This document shows, one piece after another, positions 63,953 to 64,000 of a stretch of 64,000 nucleotides of DNA. The translations under genes and the position numbers were made by a program. Position 1 is the first letter of the stretch, and each line of letters begins with the position of its first letter. The stretch is from Kiritimatiellia bacterium (GTDB lineage Bacteria > Verrucomicrobiota > Kiritimatiellia > JAAZAB01): contig JAQUQV010000001.1 of NCBI GenBank assembly GCA_028715905.1, positions 7,216-71,215 of the forward strand, in the 5' to 3' direction. A model generated the notes under the pieces. The model searched no databases, was not told the DNA's origin, and saw only the letters and a list, made by a program, of their open reading frames with translations.

Positions 63953-64000
63953 CCCGGGGACTACCCCATTACAGCCGCGCCCTGCTATTTCTGCGAACCG

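Overview
GC-rich (about 60% by eye, not computed) bacterial chromosomal window. It is densely coded, with about 47 supported CDS and 2 tRNAs. I saw no rRNA, CRISPR array, prophage or transposase gene. The gene content and repeat types suggest a PVC-type organism (Verrucomicrobiota, Kiritimatiellota or Lentisphaerota-like), but that is inference only.

Gene content, left to right:
- coaB and coaC.
- A minus-strand sugar/polyol cluster: GH4 glycosidase, unknown protein, LacI regulator, two Zn-ADHs and a UlaG-like lactonase.
- An Arn-like glycolipid-modification cluster: ugd, uxs, two arnT-like genes, arnB and arnC, with a dus gene embedded.
- topB, mutM and an RRM RNA-binding protein.
- Three consecutive large secreted proteins.
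- pepP-like peptidase, purD, purE and an S41-like protein.
- Two fusion genes: tsaC-LMW-PTP and rpiB-glyA.
- A long minus-strand block: gatC-gatA-gatB, SGNH esterase, S8 subtilase, pilB-pilT-pilB.
- A PAS/GAF histidine kinase and tRNA-Glu.
- porin-pstSCAB-phoU and tRNA-Val.
- purN, hisG, a bS22-like mini-protein and a TPR lipoprotein.

Most interesting observations:
1. A compact five-blade FG-GAP/VCBS-like C-terminal propeller is grafted onto three unrelated secreted proteins. One of them is the subtilase next to the pilB/pilT ATPases. The three copies are kept near-identical at the DNA level.
2. A 147-bp MITE has GTAA-type TIRs and 8-bp target-site duplications in two 146/147-identical copies. 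One copy is inserted into the 3' end of coaC and itself carries a nested second MITE.
3. A family of GTAGGAGC...GCGAT hairpin (REP/BIME-like) units occurs at several sites, including one inside the pst operon.
4. Two back-to-back gene fusions collapse a conserved four-gene neighbourhood into two ORFs.
5. An S41 peptidase homologue has both catalytic-dyad positions substituted.

No defence system or similar cassette could be supported from the sequence.
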